In this document: piece by piece, positions 24,604 to 38,700 of the stretch | Layout of the letters: every line of letters starts with the position of its first letter | How positions within the stretch are numbered: position 1 is the stretch's first letter | NCBI GenBank assembly: GCA_040954595.2 | Contig: CM082576.2 | Coordinates: forward strand, 6,513,129 to 6,577,128 | DNA: 64,000 bases | Reading direction: 5' to 3' | Source: Balanoglossus misakiensis | Taxonomy: Eukaryota > Animalia > Hemichordata | The notes under the pieces: generated by a model | Database searches by the model: none | Told to the model about the DNA's origin: nothing | What the model saw: the letters and a program-made list of their open reading frames with translations, nothing else | Position numbers and translations under genes: made by a program

Positions 24604-27600
24604 TCACAAGTATGTACAGGAGGAGGGGCACAGTGCAATGGCAAAAAATACACATAGACCAGAGACACCAATGCTGTGTGATTCCTACACTATCATTTGT
24701 GAACACACACACAGAGACTGAGTATTAGCACTTCAATCAGTACGCTCCAACGGAGAAAAGTCAATTCTGAGAACGGAAGCGTCCTGCTTTAATATATAGA
24801 TATGATCACCAACTTACAAATTCTGAAAAAAAAAATACACCCACTGGAATATTCTGTCTGTATTACTTACTATACTCCACAAATTGTTACGTTTTCTCGC
24901 CGGTTTACAAACACTCGTCAGCGTACCTTTCACACTCATACATTTATGTATAACACCAGAGAGCCATTCTGCCCAGATTTCTATACTCTAGCTCTATATT
25001 ATCTTATATTGGTTTGTTTGGAATGACTGAATTGTTTTGGCACAATCTATCGCAGCCATCTGAAGCGGTATGCTTTTGATGAAGGCACCGACGATGTCTT
25101 TGCGGCTGCGTCTGTTCTTAATCTCTCTACACCCTCAACTATGTCCTCGAAAAGTTTCAACAGATGCATAAAAAGCAGCCCAAGAGTGGCCAAGCAATCT
25201 TGGGGTGATCTGCCCACGACTGAAAATACAGAAGTTAGGAGAGGAAAAAAACATTCGGGAGAATAGCACAACTGCAAATACGTCTGCATCAAATGATATT
25301 GGAGAAATTTGCAGAGCAACTTAAACTGTCCACAACTGTCAAAGAGAGACAGGGGACCGACCTCGGGGAAATTACATTTCATAGTCAATATACTGATTAG
25401 TAATTGAATCAATGCAGCGAACAAAAAAAAAAGAAAAATCTTGGATCTAGCCAAACCAAAAACATGGACATGGATTTAAAATCACATCTGAAGACAAGAC
25501 TAACAGAGAAATTACAATGGTGCTGTCTAGATTAACACACTTTATAAATTTTTCCACATATGACACAGTACTTTGATATGAAAAAAAAAATCCATTTCAC
25601 ATTGACATGTAAATATATAAATTACTACACAAAAAAACAGTCCATGCATGCAAGATGATCCTCAATAGCTATTAACACATTTTGAGAAAACCTTCGCATC
25701 TTTTATGGACCACTGAGAAAAGCTCTCTGTCTGACTGGTTTTTGCCCACGACCTCTAAAGCACTTCACATCAAAGTGGAGAAAAAGAAAGACACCAATTT
25801 GGGCTTGGCATTTCTGCAACCGAGTCATATTGGCATCACAAATGGCCATCCATTAATGTGAAAGTCATTCACCTTAGTTTTTATATAGCAGTGATGACAC
25901 CGTCATGTCCACACAAATCATATGGACCGTTTACTACAGAACATAGTGGCTTTCTGCATAGTCACTTGATGTTTTTCTGTTTTTATTTTTTTCACAAAGC
26001 CTTTTCAGGGACTGATCACTGATCCACAAAGAAATGGCATCTGTAATCTTGGAAGCCTGGAACTATCCTTGGACGCTGTAAAATCCCAAATGAGGGCATC
26101 TGTTGGGATTAACTGAAGCATTTCCACTCTCAATTAAACATCATTACGCGTGGGAACTCAAATCTGCCATGGACACCGCGCATACCAGTGGAGTTTGCGA
26201 GCTACTTGATAACGTGGGGCCAACTGTAGATGGCAAGAGAGGTTGTCCTCAATATGCAGATATTTGAGGTGTTTCAACCATCACATGGAAAACAGGGTCA
26301 CACTCATGCATAGTTGCATGGATTGGAAGTTTCAGAACACTTGTAGGCCCATACATATCCCTTGTCTTCCCAGTCTGGCTAACACGTTATCAATTATGTT
26401 GCCAAACCATGGTTTACGTCATTTGGCAAGTGTAACCTTTTCAACTGTAATTCTGGAATCAAAGGCCTTTATTTTCCATACACACAATAGGAGAAGACCT
26501 TTGATTCTGCTTGTTTTATAAAAACAAATACAAATGTTACTTATTCATTCTGGCCAATAAAATCTTAATAATACTGCGTCCAAATAACATTTTCCTCTCT
26601 AAATGGTGCAAAATTCGTGTTTAAGAGACCTATATGTAGATGTATTTATAAACTGTTTTCAGGGACATTTTACAATGTATATTTTTGTTTCAGACAATCG
26701 TTAGCAAACATTAAATGGTCCTGTCATTTATCATACTATCATTTCTTCACCAGCTTCTCTCATGAAAGGCTCATTCTGTGATGTACTGCAAGTGACATGT
26801 CCAGATATCAATGATCAAATTTATTTGATGTGCACAGTCTAAAAATTCCAGTAGTAATGTGAACTTGACGTTCCCTGTGCAATCATGCCACTGGATACAT
26901 GCATTTGTGACAGAGGACCTTCGCAAGTCAAGAAGTCAACAGCTAGTGCATTTAGAATATTTGACCTTGACCAGAGCCGGCAGACACTGTGGCTATTGAT
27001 TTCAGGCAATTAAACAAGGTCATTGGTTTAGAATGACGTCATCCACATCCACGCCAGTGAACTTCAACCATTTTTGGACATTGAGGATTCTGGTTTAGAA
27101 AAGTGAGTGTGTGATAAACACGTGACTTCTGTCTGAAATACATTGGGACGTGGTTGTGCTGAACCCGATTGTCATTAAAAATTAAACTTTTTTCTTGTTA
27201 CATGCACTGGGATATTACTATTAATGGGGATGTAAATTGTTGTCCCCCAAGTACAGTACTGGGAATCACTGCAGTACAAGATTCACTTGCAAACTGCTAC
27301 TGACATGATGAGATTTGTATAGGACGCCCAACCATTCACCGTTCGTTGTGCGCATCTGCTACCGGCAATGACAAAAATCTACATTTTCAGACAACAGTTA
27401 TAACCCAACGTGACTGAATGATATAAACACATTTTATGTTTGCTGCTTGATTTGAACCGCTGACATACAGCAAGGAAAATTTTTACTGTCTAGTTTTGAA
27501 GGCCATTTTTCTCGAAACAAGTCCTGCCGTTTTCACACTTCTCAAAATAGTCAACTTCTCTCTCCATAGAAGAAAATTTAGCGCATAAGAGATCAACTGA

Positions 27601-28026
27601 TCATTCTTCTTATGATGAGAAATTTTTTTTAAGCTCTCTCATTTTCAATGTCATTAAAAGAAATTATTTCAACTTTATTTTTTAAAATCTGAGGTATGAA
27701 AACAAAAACAAATTATATTTAGGGAATGTTTTCTCATTTAATCTGAGGATAAATTGCTTTGCTCCTGCTTCGAGATACCACAAAAAATACGACAAACCCT
27801 CCCCTTGTACAATACTCCCCTTGTATTGACGCATCACATGTCCACCATCTAGTCATGCATAAAGGAAATTTTTTTCTCTCTCTATCGAAACAAAAGCTAT
27901 TCTCCATGCATTGAAACAAAAGAGGATTTGTCTTAACATTTTTTGCAACGTATTTCTTGTATTTTTTTTAAGTTTTTTAAGATAAAAAGTTAATTTTGGC
28001 TGTGGTGTTGATCTTGCACATCACAG

Positions 28027-31000
28027 CTAACTCTTCCCTGCTGTCAATGTATTCTGTAGCTGTATCGAGGTCTTCAAGCGTTTACGCCTTCCCTGAGAAT
28101 TTGTTCCTTCCGAGGAGTCTGAATCTGAACCTGAACCGCCGTCGAAGGCCGACACGGGCCCTCCTTTGGGATTTTTGAACAGCGGCGTACCATCCACATC
28201 CACAAATAACGACGGATCGTAGTTGCCTGTCGCTTTCGCTTTTTCTAAGGCATTAACTGAAACGAAGATGAGAGATTATGATGAAGGTTGGAGGCACAAA
28301 CAGGTCAAGCTGATTCAGGGTGATGACCCCCCCCCCCCCGTCCCGTATGCATTTCCCTTTGCAAAGTATGGTACAGTGTAGAATGAACACCCCCCCCCCA
28401 CACACACATACACGCACACCCCAATACAATAACCTATCATCTAGCTATGGTATTAATGGATTGCCTAGATACAGCAAGTGACGGCATGCATTTTTGTTCA
28501 GAAAACAGTAATTATGCAAATAGTTAGCCATACGGACTGTTATATACAATGTTGAATGCATGAACATTCGCCAGGAATAATAACAGAGAGCAGAATAGAC
28601 AAGAATGTCATTCATACCTACAAAAACACTAAAAATACATACATCAATCACAGCGTAGAGCTACATTGTACTACCGGTACCACTGAATTCAATTGCATTG
28701 TTTACATCACTAATTTGGAAAACAGCTCCATCCTGTTGTTTTGTGGGGTTAGACATAATGAGATCAGCCATCGTGCCAAGGATGGGACGATTTTTTTCTG
28801 TACACAATACCAGCTCGATCCCCATGTGCTAATTATGGACCACTTATTAACATTTCATTTGTGCTCCATGATCCTGAAATTCGTTTGGCAGACACACTCT
28901 CAGCCCTACTGCCATTGTTTCAAGAACTAATGAAACTGTTGCATAACTGTCCAAGGACAATGTGTATTGTGATCCTGTCTATGAAAGCCACATGTCATGA
29001 AAACAGTCTGTGTCCACATGTATTATCGTCTCCTTGACCACACACACCAACAGGCATTGCAATCCACATTAATCATGAAGGTGTCACATTGGCAGTAGAT
29101 TTTTGGATAACTGACATGCAAGATCTCAGTTATAAACTGATGGCCATTACAGTAAAAAAAAACATGTTTAGATTTTCAAGAATTTCATCCTGGACTGTTT
29201 GTACACATTGATGCTAACCCTGGCTGCATTGAAAGTGTAGTGTTTACAGTAATTGGTCTACCTAACTTTGAAGCTTTTGGTAAATACTCTGGCAGGTTTC
29301 TTTATAAGGCATTGGTTGTGAAGACTGAACCAGACCGACCTTGCTAAGAAGTGTTTAGTGGGATGATTGACATTCTAAACTCAGAAGTTAAACAATATTA
29401 TCTGATAATGCACAAGTGCTCAAGTCACATTATCCTCTCACCAACAACAAATTCAGAGGGTCGATTATCTCCGACAGAATGCTGGTGGAGACACTATAGC
29501 CACTATCAAATTCGAAACACTTTAAAAAACCCTGGTCCACCTCTGCAATTACTGACAAAGGAGCAGGCATTTACTGAATTATAAGGCAATGACATGGGTA
29601 ATGGATTAGTATTTGCATAAGAGCCAGTCTATGAGAGTTTATACAATAATACCCTTGGTAGTTAGGGGGGGGGGGGGGGGGGGCTCATCAATAACGTGTA
29701 CTGTACACTGCCCTATTATAAAGAAAAAATATGCTCATGAGCATTTTAGTGACCTATCAGTTTCAAAAGACAGAAATAGCACTGAGTAACAAAAACGAAC
29801 TCTTCACTCACTTTGTTTGTCGAGGGTTTCGTTTTGTTTCTTGAGATCATCAATATCATTTTGATGAGCGTTGTTCTTGCGCCTCATGAACTGGATGTAG
29901 TCTGTTGCCTTGTTTAAAATTTGAGCCCTTGATGCCTGGAAATAGAAGCACATTTATTTGAGTTTGAGATCAGATAAACGACACAACTGTGGCAAATGTC
30001 AGCGGAAATATGTCTGTGAGACACGGCGAAACTACTGTCATGACGTCAACGTTATAGTTGGCAGTATGAGGTTTACACTCAGTCTGGTAAAACCATATGT
30101 CACTTGTTGAGGTCAATGACTGTGGGCGGGGCGCCACTGTTTCATCATATGTTCTGGTCTACTTTTTTGTACAGTCCTGTGCATTCCGTAATATTTCAAA
30201 AAGATTAACGTCATCAGTCACTAGGATGATTCCCTGTTAAATATGGGAATTTCACACTTTGAAATGCTGGTTTAATTAATAACAAAAGCCTGGGCATATC
30301 AGGCAGACAATGCGACCTATATCAAGGTGACTTGAATTGTCAGGTTTCCATTGTTAAATGTTGGTTGTAGGTCATGGGTTTTAACCTTCCCATCCCATTG
30401 AACACGTCTGCATTTTGTGATCGTGTCATATCAAACAATGCCCTACAGTGAAAGAAAAATAGTACCGTCAGAAGCCCAGGTCTTGATCTATTGGCTTTGT
30501 ATCCAGCAATGTATAGATCTGAGTCGATCATTTTGCAAAAATGAGGGATTGTCTGATTTGCTCCGAGTATGGAAACTTGTCACAGAAAGAAACATACATT
30601 TTGTAACTTTAGAAAATAAAAGCTGTTGTGGAGCTGGCTACACTTTAAAATAGCAAAAGCCTGTTGCTATCTGGATGCATTATACAAAATCTCCATTTTA
30701 TGGCCCTCAGCCCCTGTATATTTCCTTTGATGTATAGACAAGGGACTGAACAACCTTTTTATGGGAGACTGAGGTCATGAGGTACTTTACTGTGTTGAAT
30801 GACAGAGTACTGGAACTACATCTGGGTGGAGGGGAAAACATGCATAGCAGGGGGGGGGGGGTAGATAAGTTCAATGTAGGACGTGTTGGTCTTATGCTTT
30901 TACATAATATACCAAAATGACATGCTGACTCAGTAAAACTGTAAGAATTAAAGTCTGACTCCAGCGACCGACTAGGAAATGACTGTCTGAACTACGTGTA

Positions 31001-34000
31001 GAACTCAGTGACGATATTTAAATCCCTGGTTTGAAAACAGAATACAAGAATTAAAGTACATGTACACGATTATAAATGCACATGCACCATGTTCTTCTAG
31101 GCTTTCAAACACTATGCAACTATGGCGTAAATGGCTTTCTCTTAAATCACACATCTAAATCGGTAATCTATGAAATTCCAGTGTTACTGTCGAATCTGGA
31201 AATGACATAAGTGAAGCATACAATTTGGCAGGGACTTCATCAAATTGTCAATTATTTTGATAAAAGTTGGTTTACAGTGTCTGTGTGCTTGTGACCTGTG
31301 ATTAGAATTTTGTAAAGATGCCAGGACATCCAAAAAAATCTGATCTGTCGTTCACAAAAATGTGACTTTATTTGAATACAACAGAGCATGATTACGGTGA
31401 ATTCAAACGACTTGAAAAGAAATTAAATGAACCAGAACATAGTTTATTGTCATGGATTTGGGATGTTGTGATGCTCGATCTACACTGAGTGGGACAAGAT
31501 AACTGATGTCTAAATTAGGCAACGGCAGAGTGTTATTGTATGTAAAATAAAAGCAGCTGATCTTTGACAGCCATTGCCCAGTGTTGCATCAATGCCAAAC
31601 CGCTTACCGGTACTTGTGGGGTAAGCCAGTGCACGCCATCATTGTCCTTCCATCCCGGCGAAAAAGGACTGATTAGCATAAACTGATTATTACCAGCTAC
31701 CGGATAACTTCATAATGCTTTGAATGAACACAAGGTCATCGAAAAATTTCTTGATTCTAGGTCACAGAGTACAGAGCACCTAGGAAACCGCAGACCGTAA
31801 TAGCAAATGTCCCAGACGTTCTGCATTTTTTATAATCCTCACAAACACTGATGATTCATTTGAAAATGTCTGTTTACATTCCATGCTAGAATGACAACTG
31901 TAATGGCTTTCTGGTTAAGTTTACAGGATTTGAGGAATGCTGAGAATTGCAACAACAACAAAACTGCATGAATCGACCAGCATGCCCACCAAAAGGTATA
32001 TAACGCCTTACATTTCGAAGCGACCCTTAATGAAGGCTGGCCTATTATGGTAATGGCACTTTGCCATTCACCATTGTAAACTTAGAAATGACCACATTTG
32101 CTATTTACATAACGTGAGTGACACACCGTCTATTACATTGCAACAAATTTCTGTTCGTCTGTTCCGTTGCTGCTTTTCTTGAATTGAGCCAAAAAATTCT
32201 AAATGTTAATTGAGTAGGGCATAAACACCAGGTCAATGGTGAGGTCATTTCTACTCCGCACAACAGTCACTCTTGAAAGCTGACAAGGTCAGGCTCCCCA
32301 CCAGAGATATCAAGTCAGCGAGCAAAGAACGCATTTTTTCCCATTTCTGTGAATTAAAATTGTTTTCTACTGTTGCCAGCAATGAGAGACTTAAATCTAA
32401 CGACTGAACCAATTTCAGAACAATGGGTTGTGGAAAGCCCTCAGGCCTTTAAAAAAATAATTTCACTTATCAAGCTCCTGGGGCTGCAGTATCACACAGC
32501 TGCAAGCCGGACAAACAGGATCTGGATTGTTTCAATGCAAATTCTGACCCCTACAAATTTGGTCTATAACTGATTTGGGCAACTCTTTCTTCTAAAGTGG
32601 CCTTCAATAAACATCAATCACCCTGACAACCTAATATACCATATTAAAATTTAATATATAGGTTGTAAGTATCTTGTTTCAAATATAGATCTGTATATTA
32701 AACTTCAGTCCACCCCTTCGCGTCCATGTTTTTTGCTCCACCCCATTATTTTCATGGTATAGTTGGATATCTGGAAGTTAGCGCCAAAGGGCAAAACTAC
32801 CAACACAAAGTTACATCACTACATTATCACAATCTAATACTGCTACCAAACAAATCAGAAATAAACATGACAAAAGCTCAGTATAAATTAAAAACATGCA
32901 TGTAGCTAACAGCTGCATAGTTAATTGTGATCTGTTAGTAATTGGCAATCAATGGCCTCCATTTGAAAAGTGGCAGGTACACATGTTAAATACACCAAGG
33001 CTGCATAAAATGCAATTTGAAGTGAAATTTCTGTGACCTGCGACGTTATACCAAAATTATGCGTAATAATTTGCAAGGTGATCTAATAAGAACGCATTTG
33101 TTTACTAAACATTAAAACATTAACAGCTGGTCAAAAAAATTCGGGTATTTAATGAAGAACTAAAAAACAAACTGCATTTTACTTCTGTCAGATGTGTACT
33201 ACAAAATGTATTATACTGCACATGTATAGAATGACTAAGACCTGTGCACAAGACAAATGCCCTTAATAAATTAGTCATCCCCATAACAAAGTTAATGATA
33301 TTTTGTGTCTATTACATAACTGCAACAATATGACATTGTTAAGATTGGTTAAAAAAATCATTAAAATTAAGTCACCATGACTACTAACGTTTCACTCTGG
33401 CAGATTGTGTCAAGGGAGCTAGGGTTTGTTACCAAGGTTACCTTTGTATATCAATTATGCACAGTTATATATAACAGTCAGTAGAAATGTCATCAGGGTC
33501 CCAAACCATTTACCAATGTTTCCCAATCTTTAGTAAAAGCACAGCCATTATACATCAACCATGTCAGATGAAGTTGTTCGTTGTTAAAAGTAATGGTTGA
33601 CGTTCTGGCACACAGAGTGAATTTAACACGCTCATCCATATGCTTTATCAAATAATGTTGTTTTCATGGCATTCAGAGATATAAAAAGTTGTGAATTTCA
33701 TCGCAAAATTCAATATACTGTGAATAAGCAGAACTGGTTTGCTTTTTTTGGTTATGTATGTTTGTTCAGAAAAAAATGTTATGGGCATGTAGATAGTGTT
33801 AACGAGTTTGTCTGACAAATCATACTGATCTGCATGTGTCCACAAATATTAGTAAAAAACAAATTCAACAAAGTTGCTGGATAAAATGTATTGAATTAAT
33901 ATTTTCCTAAAAATGTAAACAGCTTGTCTGAAACTGTAAAATATTACAATGTGCTCTGCTACAAACTCAACAACCTTGCGACACACATAGCAACAGATGT

Positions 34001-35051
34001 TAGGTAATATTATGGCAGAATTTTATTCAAACAGAGTTGTCCAAGTTAGAAATTTCTAATGGGGCACAAATACATGTACCTTTTAAATTACATGTGTGAT
34101 ATCAACATAGAATCTTTATAAAAGAGACAATATTCTGAAGCAAGTGACTAAAAATTGGCAATTTATATAACAAGGTCAATGAATACTAATGTGTTTAACC
34201 TAACCTTGTGATTACCAACCTTTTCTCCCTGAAGTGTTGGAATTGATTCTTTTAATCCATTAAAACTGTCTTTGATATGGTCTCGTCTTTTGCGTTCCAG
34301 AGCGTTGTGATGTGCCCTCTTCTCAGCCTGTACGCGACGAAAATGAGAGGGGAAAATAACTGACTGGATTATGACGTTCGTGCGGCATCCGCTGGAACAG
34401 ATACGTTACTGCTTCACGCGTGTTGACATTTGATCGTAAACAAGCGCACATGTGATACGTTCAGAGTGGGAGCGTTGACATTTCTCGATCGGTAGATTTT
34501 TTTTTCAGAAGACAAAAACCGGAATCATTCCACCAAAGATCTACCCGGAACACGATCGACGTAAACAAAAACAATAATTAAAACTCTTTACATAATTCGT
34601 GTGAATGTATTATGAGGAATTCGACGTGTCACTATTTAAAAGCCCATTTTCGCACGTAGACGTTCGACGGGTTGGGCGTTTGCTCGTTATGACAATACTT
34701 GAAAATCCCCTTTTTGGTGTTTAATTGATGAAAAACACCGTCATTTGTGCATCGATGATGATATTTACTTCATTACAAATCGATTCAAGAGTACAGACTC
34801 CGTTTTTTTCAACGATCTCTCACCGAAACCACTTCTTGTGCACGTGACCTTGTTGTAAACACACACACTCGCATACCGTACCTCATTTTTGCAGTTCGGA
34901 GGGGAACCGTCTTCGTCCTGCGAGAAAAAAAATCGCGAATATCATTCAAACAATTCACACATTCTGTTTAACGGCAAAATGATAGAAGAAGCATATGCGT
35001 AATTTTCCTTACGTCGCTTTCAATGTCGATGTCTCGATCATCGTCGCTCAT
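28027..35051 (-). CDS. MAX: Protein Max (bHLH-leucine zipper partner of Myc/Mxd), 178 aa
   Basis: Exons 35051-35013 ([13 protein letters not shown]), 34917-34882 ([12 protein letters not shown]), 34327-34220 ([36 protein letters not shown]), 29935-29812 ([41 protein letters not shown]), 28256-28027 ([11 protein letters not shown]...[16 protein letters not shown]...RRKRLKT...TAG); 537 nt in frame. Not present in the supplied ORF track because the exons are short. Confidence 0.96.
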
Positions 35052-35099
35052 TTTGATGTTTTGATGGAATTTTTTTCAATGGATACTCTCAGCGGTCAT

Positions 35100-35660
35100 A
35101 CAAGCGACTCCCTAAAATGGCGTCTAAAACAACGCCACGCGGTAAACATGCGACGAACAACCTACCCACGTGTATTTGTAATCAGCTGATTACATATACG
35201 TCCGCCTTGCCCATGATATGGGACTATTCATTGTGCTGAAAGTATACCTTTTTACAATATTTTTCTCCTAGAATAAGGAAGATTAAATTGTTCTGAAGTA
35301 ATACAACGCTACTGTCTGATATTGTTGGTAATTATCACGTTGCAATATTAAAGGACTACTTTATTCGGAAGTATTTATCGGCGAGAAGTGATGGTAAATG
35401 GTATCGATGACAGCGTAAACACAGAACTGTGAAGATTTCCTTACGGAAACATTCATTATTTTCGTTCATTTTGAGGAAATTTTGCAGTTTGGTTGTCTAT
35501 CAGTTAACTTCCGTTTAATTATAGCATAAAGAATATATTTTGTTGTGCCAAAATATTATTAGAATCTTAACAAATAATTAAGAGACACTTAGGGAGTCAG
35601 CACGTGCGATTGTCACTACTTTCCTCCAATTCCTAAGGTCGCAAGATGGCGCTTTGCGTC
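35100..35660. promoter_or_regulatory. Putative bidirectional MAX/FUT8 promoter region with E-boxes and YY1-like motifs
   Basis: CACGCG 35136-35141, CATGCG 35147-35152, CACGTG 35167-35172 and 35601-35606. AAAATGGCG 35114-35122 and AAGATGGCG 35643-35651. CpG-rich flanks. Confidence 0.55.
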
Positions 35661-35774
35661 AGCTTCAAGAGGACCGTCTTCCTGAAACACCTCTCGAACT
35701 GATTCCGTTTTAGATGAACGGTCAGGCGTATGGTTTGTTCATACACTCAGTTCACGACAGGTCAGAGTAGTGAG
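35640..35774 (+). other. FUT8: Probable non-coding first exon (5' UTR) of FUT8
   Basis: CpG-rich segment starting at a YY1-like motif and ending in a consensus donor GAG|gtgagt at 35774/35775. The first FUT8 coding exon begins at an acceptor (AG at 56160-56161), so an upstream exon is needed. 5' boundary approximate. Confidence 0.55.
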
Positions 35775-38700
35775 GTGAGTATTTTAACTGTGTTCGGCAC
35801 CGAATTGTTTTTTCACAAGCGTGCCGCGCCGGGCAGTTGTCCAGCTCGTGTCTGCTGCCTGACATGAACTCTTACCGGCGTTTCCAATGCCAATGCATGG
35901 CAAGCAGGTTATCCGAGCTGCATGCCTGCGTGGCATTGACCGAATTGAACGATTCTTGTGCCAGATATATACAGTTTTAATTGTTAGATTCCTTTAATGA
36001 TTTAAGAAGATATTACCAAAGTCACGAAACATCCATCAAACATGGATCACGAAATAGTTATCCGGAGAAACTTCGTGACAACTGCGGTAACTAGTGCGAA
36101 GCGGGGAGGTGGGGTCAACTTTTGACGTAAAAACTGCAAACTTCCATATTGTGAATGTTAAAAGTTTTCCAGAGCATCAGTATTCCCTCGTACGTTAGAT
36201 ACGTCAATTTAAGGGTTGTTGGGCTGTGTGTGTATTTTTCATTTCACAGGATGTTGAAATTTATTCTCTCATTACCTCTGAACGTCATTTTTAAAAATAA
36301 GCAATATGAGCTACACGTTGGTAATGACATACACCCATATCAAATACATGTACAAATGTATTGACTTAAAGATGGAGAAAATATCAAGTAAATTAAAATT
36401 CTAACTGAAATTTGAACAGCGCCCTCAGCAATATATGCCAAAGTATAAGGCCGAGAATTAATTATACATTTGTATTATACAATTGATATTATTTTCATTT
36501 TTATATATAATGTCCAATTTTTCATGGAACATTACAGCAGTGGCCAGGTATAAGTACATGACTGCATTGAAGCAGTGGTAGTGATTATATGACAGTGTTG
36601 AGTGCCTGCAGTCTCATCAGATCCAACAGGTCCCTAATGAATAGCTCGATATCTAATCTATCAGTGATACATGGTATTATGTTGTGACTTACATGTACAC
36701 GAGTGATATTGCACACCTCTCTACTTACCAATAAAGTATTATATACCGATTATGGTCCAGCTGTTTGTCATCCATGTGTGTCACTATATAAACTTCCAAG
36801 AGTCGACTCGATTGAATATAGAAGTGGGTACACTGTACATGAAATCATGCAAGTGTGGAAGTGACATGCTGGTGTTTTTTCAATTTTTTATTTGCTCTGA
36901 AAATATTATAAGCAGTCCCCAGGGTTCGTATACAGGGAGGCATTGGTCAATGCATGCAAAAAATAAGCGCCAATAATTCATTGTAAGTTGCTTACACTGG
37001 AGCTTGTGTACGCTTTTTCAAGCTGTTTTTGAAACATAAATAAATCCTTGTACATGTACCAGCAGAATTGTTTATAATCATAACAAGGTGATTGATATTG
37101 TTTGGTAGAAAGAAACCACGTTTTCACACATGTTTTATTCCATGATGGTGTTTCTGTTTTTACACAGCTAATGGGGCTTTAAAAAGTATTTACTACCAGC
37201 AATGTTGCAATTTCATCAGTAACGGCGAAGGTTTGCTTCCACAGCTGTCAAAGGGACCCTTTCAATAAACTGTGAAACAGACCTGACCAGAATAATGAAT
37301 TAAATGTGACCAGAATTTTACATTCGGTTAAGCAAATTACAATTGACCCAATTCCCCCCCCCCCCCTCTAGTTTAAGATTAGACATTCCTTGTGTGCTAT
37401 TATGAGAAATAATGCCCACTTTGACTGGTTGACACACTCAACATTGAGAACACTTCATCTTGCCAGTCGGATGTCCAAGCTAAAAGCCTTTTTAACTGTT
37501 TAAAACTGAATAATTTCCATTATATTTTGCCATTTCAAACATTTTTCAACGTTCAGTGTAATATTGCATTACTTCATCATCATTTAACTTAATTGCAATG
37601 TGTAATTTGCTGGCAAAGGATCTTTTAAAGACCAACTCAACTGTGAAATTTATGCCCTGTTAGTCAAATCTCCTGGGTACTGTGTATGTATAATCCTGGA
37701 TAGAGTAAACGAGAATATCTGTATGAATTAACTGTGTGTGATGTATTCATCTCTGTATGGTTCTCTCACAGACCCTTGCCAGGCTGGTCTGGACTTCAGC
37801 TGTGCCTACCCACAATGCAAAATGTGCATTCCTTTAACATATAACCATGACCTTGACATTGATCAGATAGGGTCTTTCAGCTTACATTACAAGATATCTT
37901 CTATCTTATGTACATGTCAGTATGGGCACATACACGTAGTAGCTTTTATCAATGTGAAGAGTTGCGGATGATATTTCGGAAGTGTATACTCACGCACAAC
38001 GTGGCAGCCACCACATGGCTTTTTTAATAACTGATATTGCCCTGGTGAAAATTAGGAATTTCAAGGTGAAGCAAATAACAAAATGCCCCAAATTTACTAA
38101 AATTTGGAATTCAAAATGGCTTTCATTTAATTTCCATGTTTATTGGAAAGATCCGTCTCTTGTGGCAATATTGAAGCTTGTGATTATTAACGTCACAATG
38201 TCAGGAAACTGAGTGCATAAACTGATGTGATGGCAATGCAAATTTAACAAGCGAGATTTACAACTTTTCAGACATTTTCATGTTGCCAATCAACAGGTTT
38301 CAAATCGTAGACCATCTGTTCAGTTTTGATTTATCGTGATGTATTAATCTTTTTTTTCCCATTTCGGCAAGTTTGAATATTTAAATTGCATCAGTAGGAA
38401 ATAGAACAGTTGCACTTTCCAAAAAGTTTGACAAAGGATAGATTGATTGATGGCTTATTGGGTGCACCCAATCTGTTTCATGTCTGTAATTAATCATCCC
38501 ATCAACTTGTCATCAGCTTGTTTCCATACATAAAGTCTACAGTATTTGTTTGCCCGCTGAATCACTTGTCTTGTTGAACAGACTTCTAATTTGTCCAGAG
38601 AGAGCCACGCATACAACTTTTCATGGCTGCGCTGTGTGTATGTACATTCGTACAACAGAGTTTACTGTCGGTGTCTCCTACCAGAGTGGCAGTCAGCAAC

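Noticed and set aside
25047-25454. 135-aa minus-strand ORF downstream of MAX
   Set aside because: Non-ATG start, no recognisable motif, lies in the probable MAX 3' UTR.
35646-35660. uORF begins MALC, like FNTB (MALCPRC)
   Set aside because: Similarity limited to about 12 nt overlapping the common ATGGCG motif; no extended homology.
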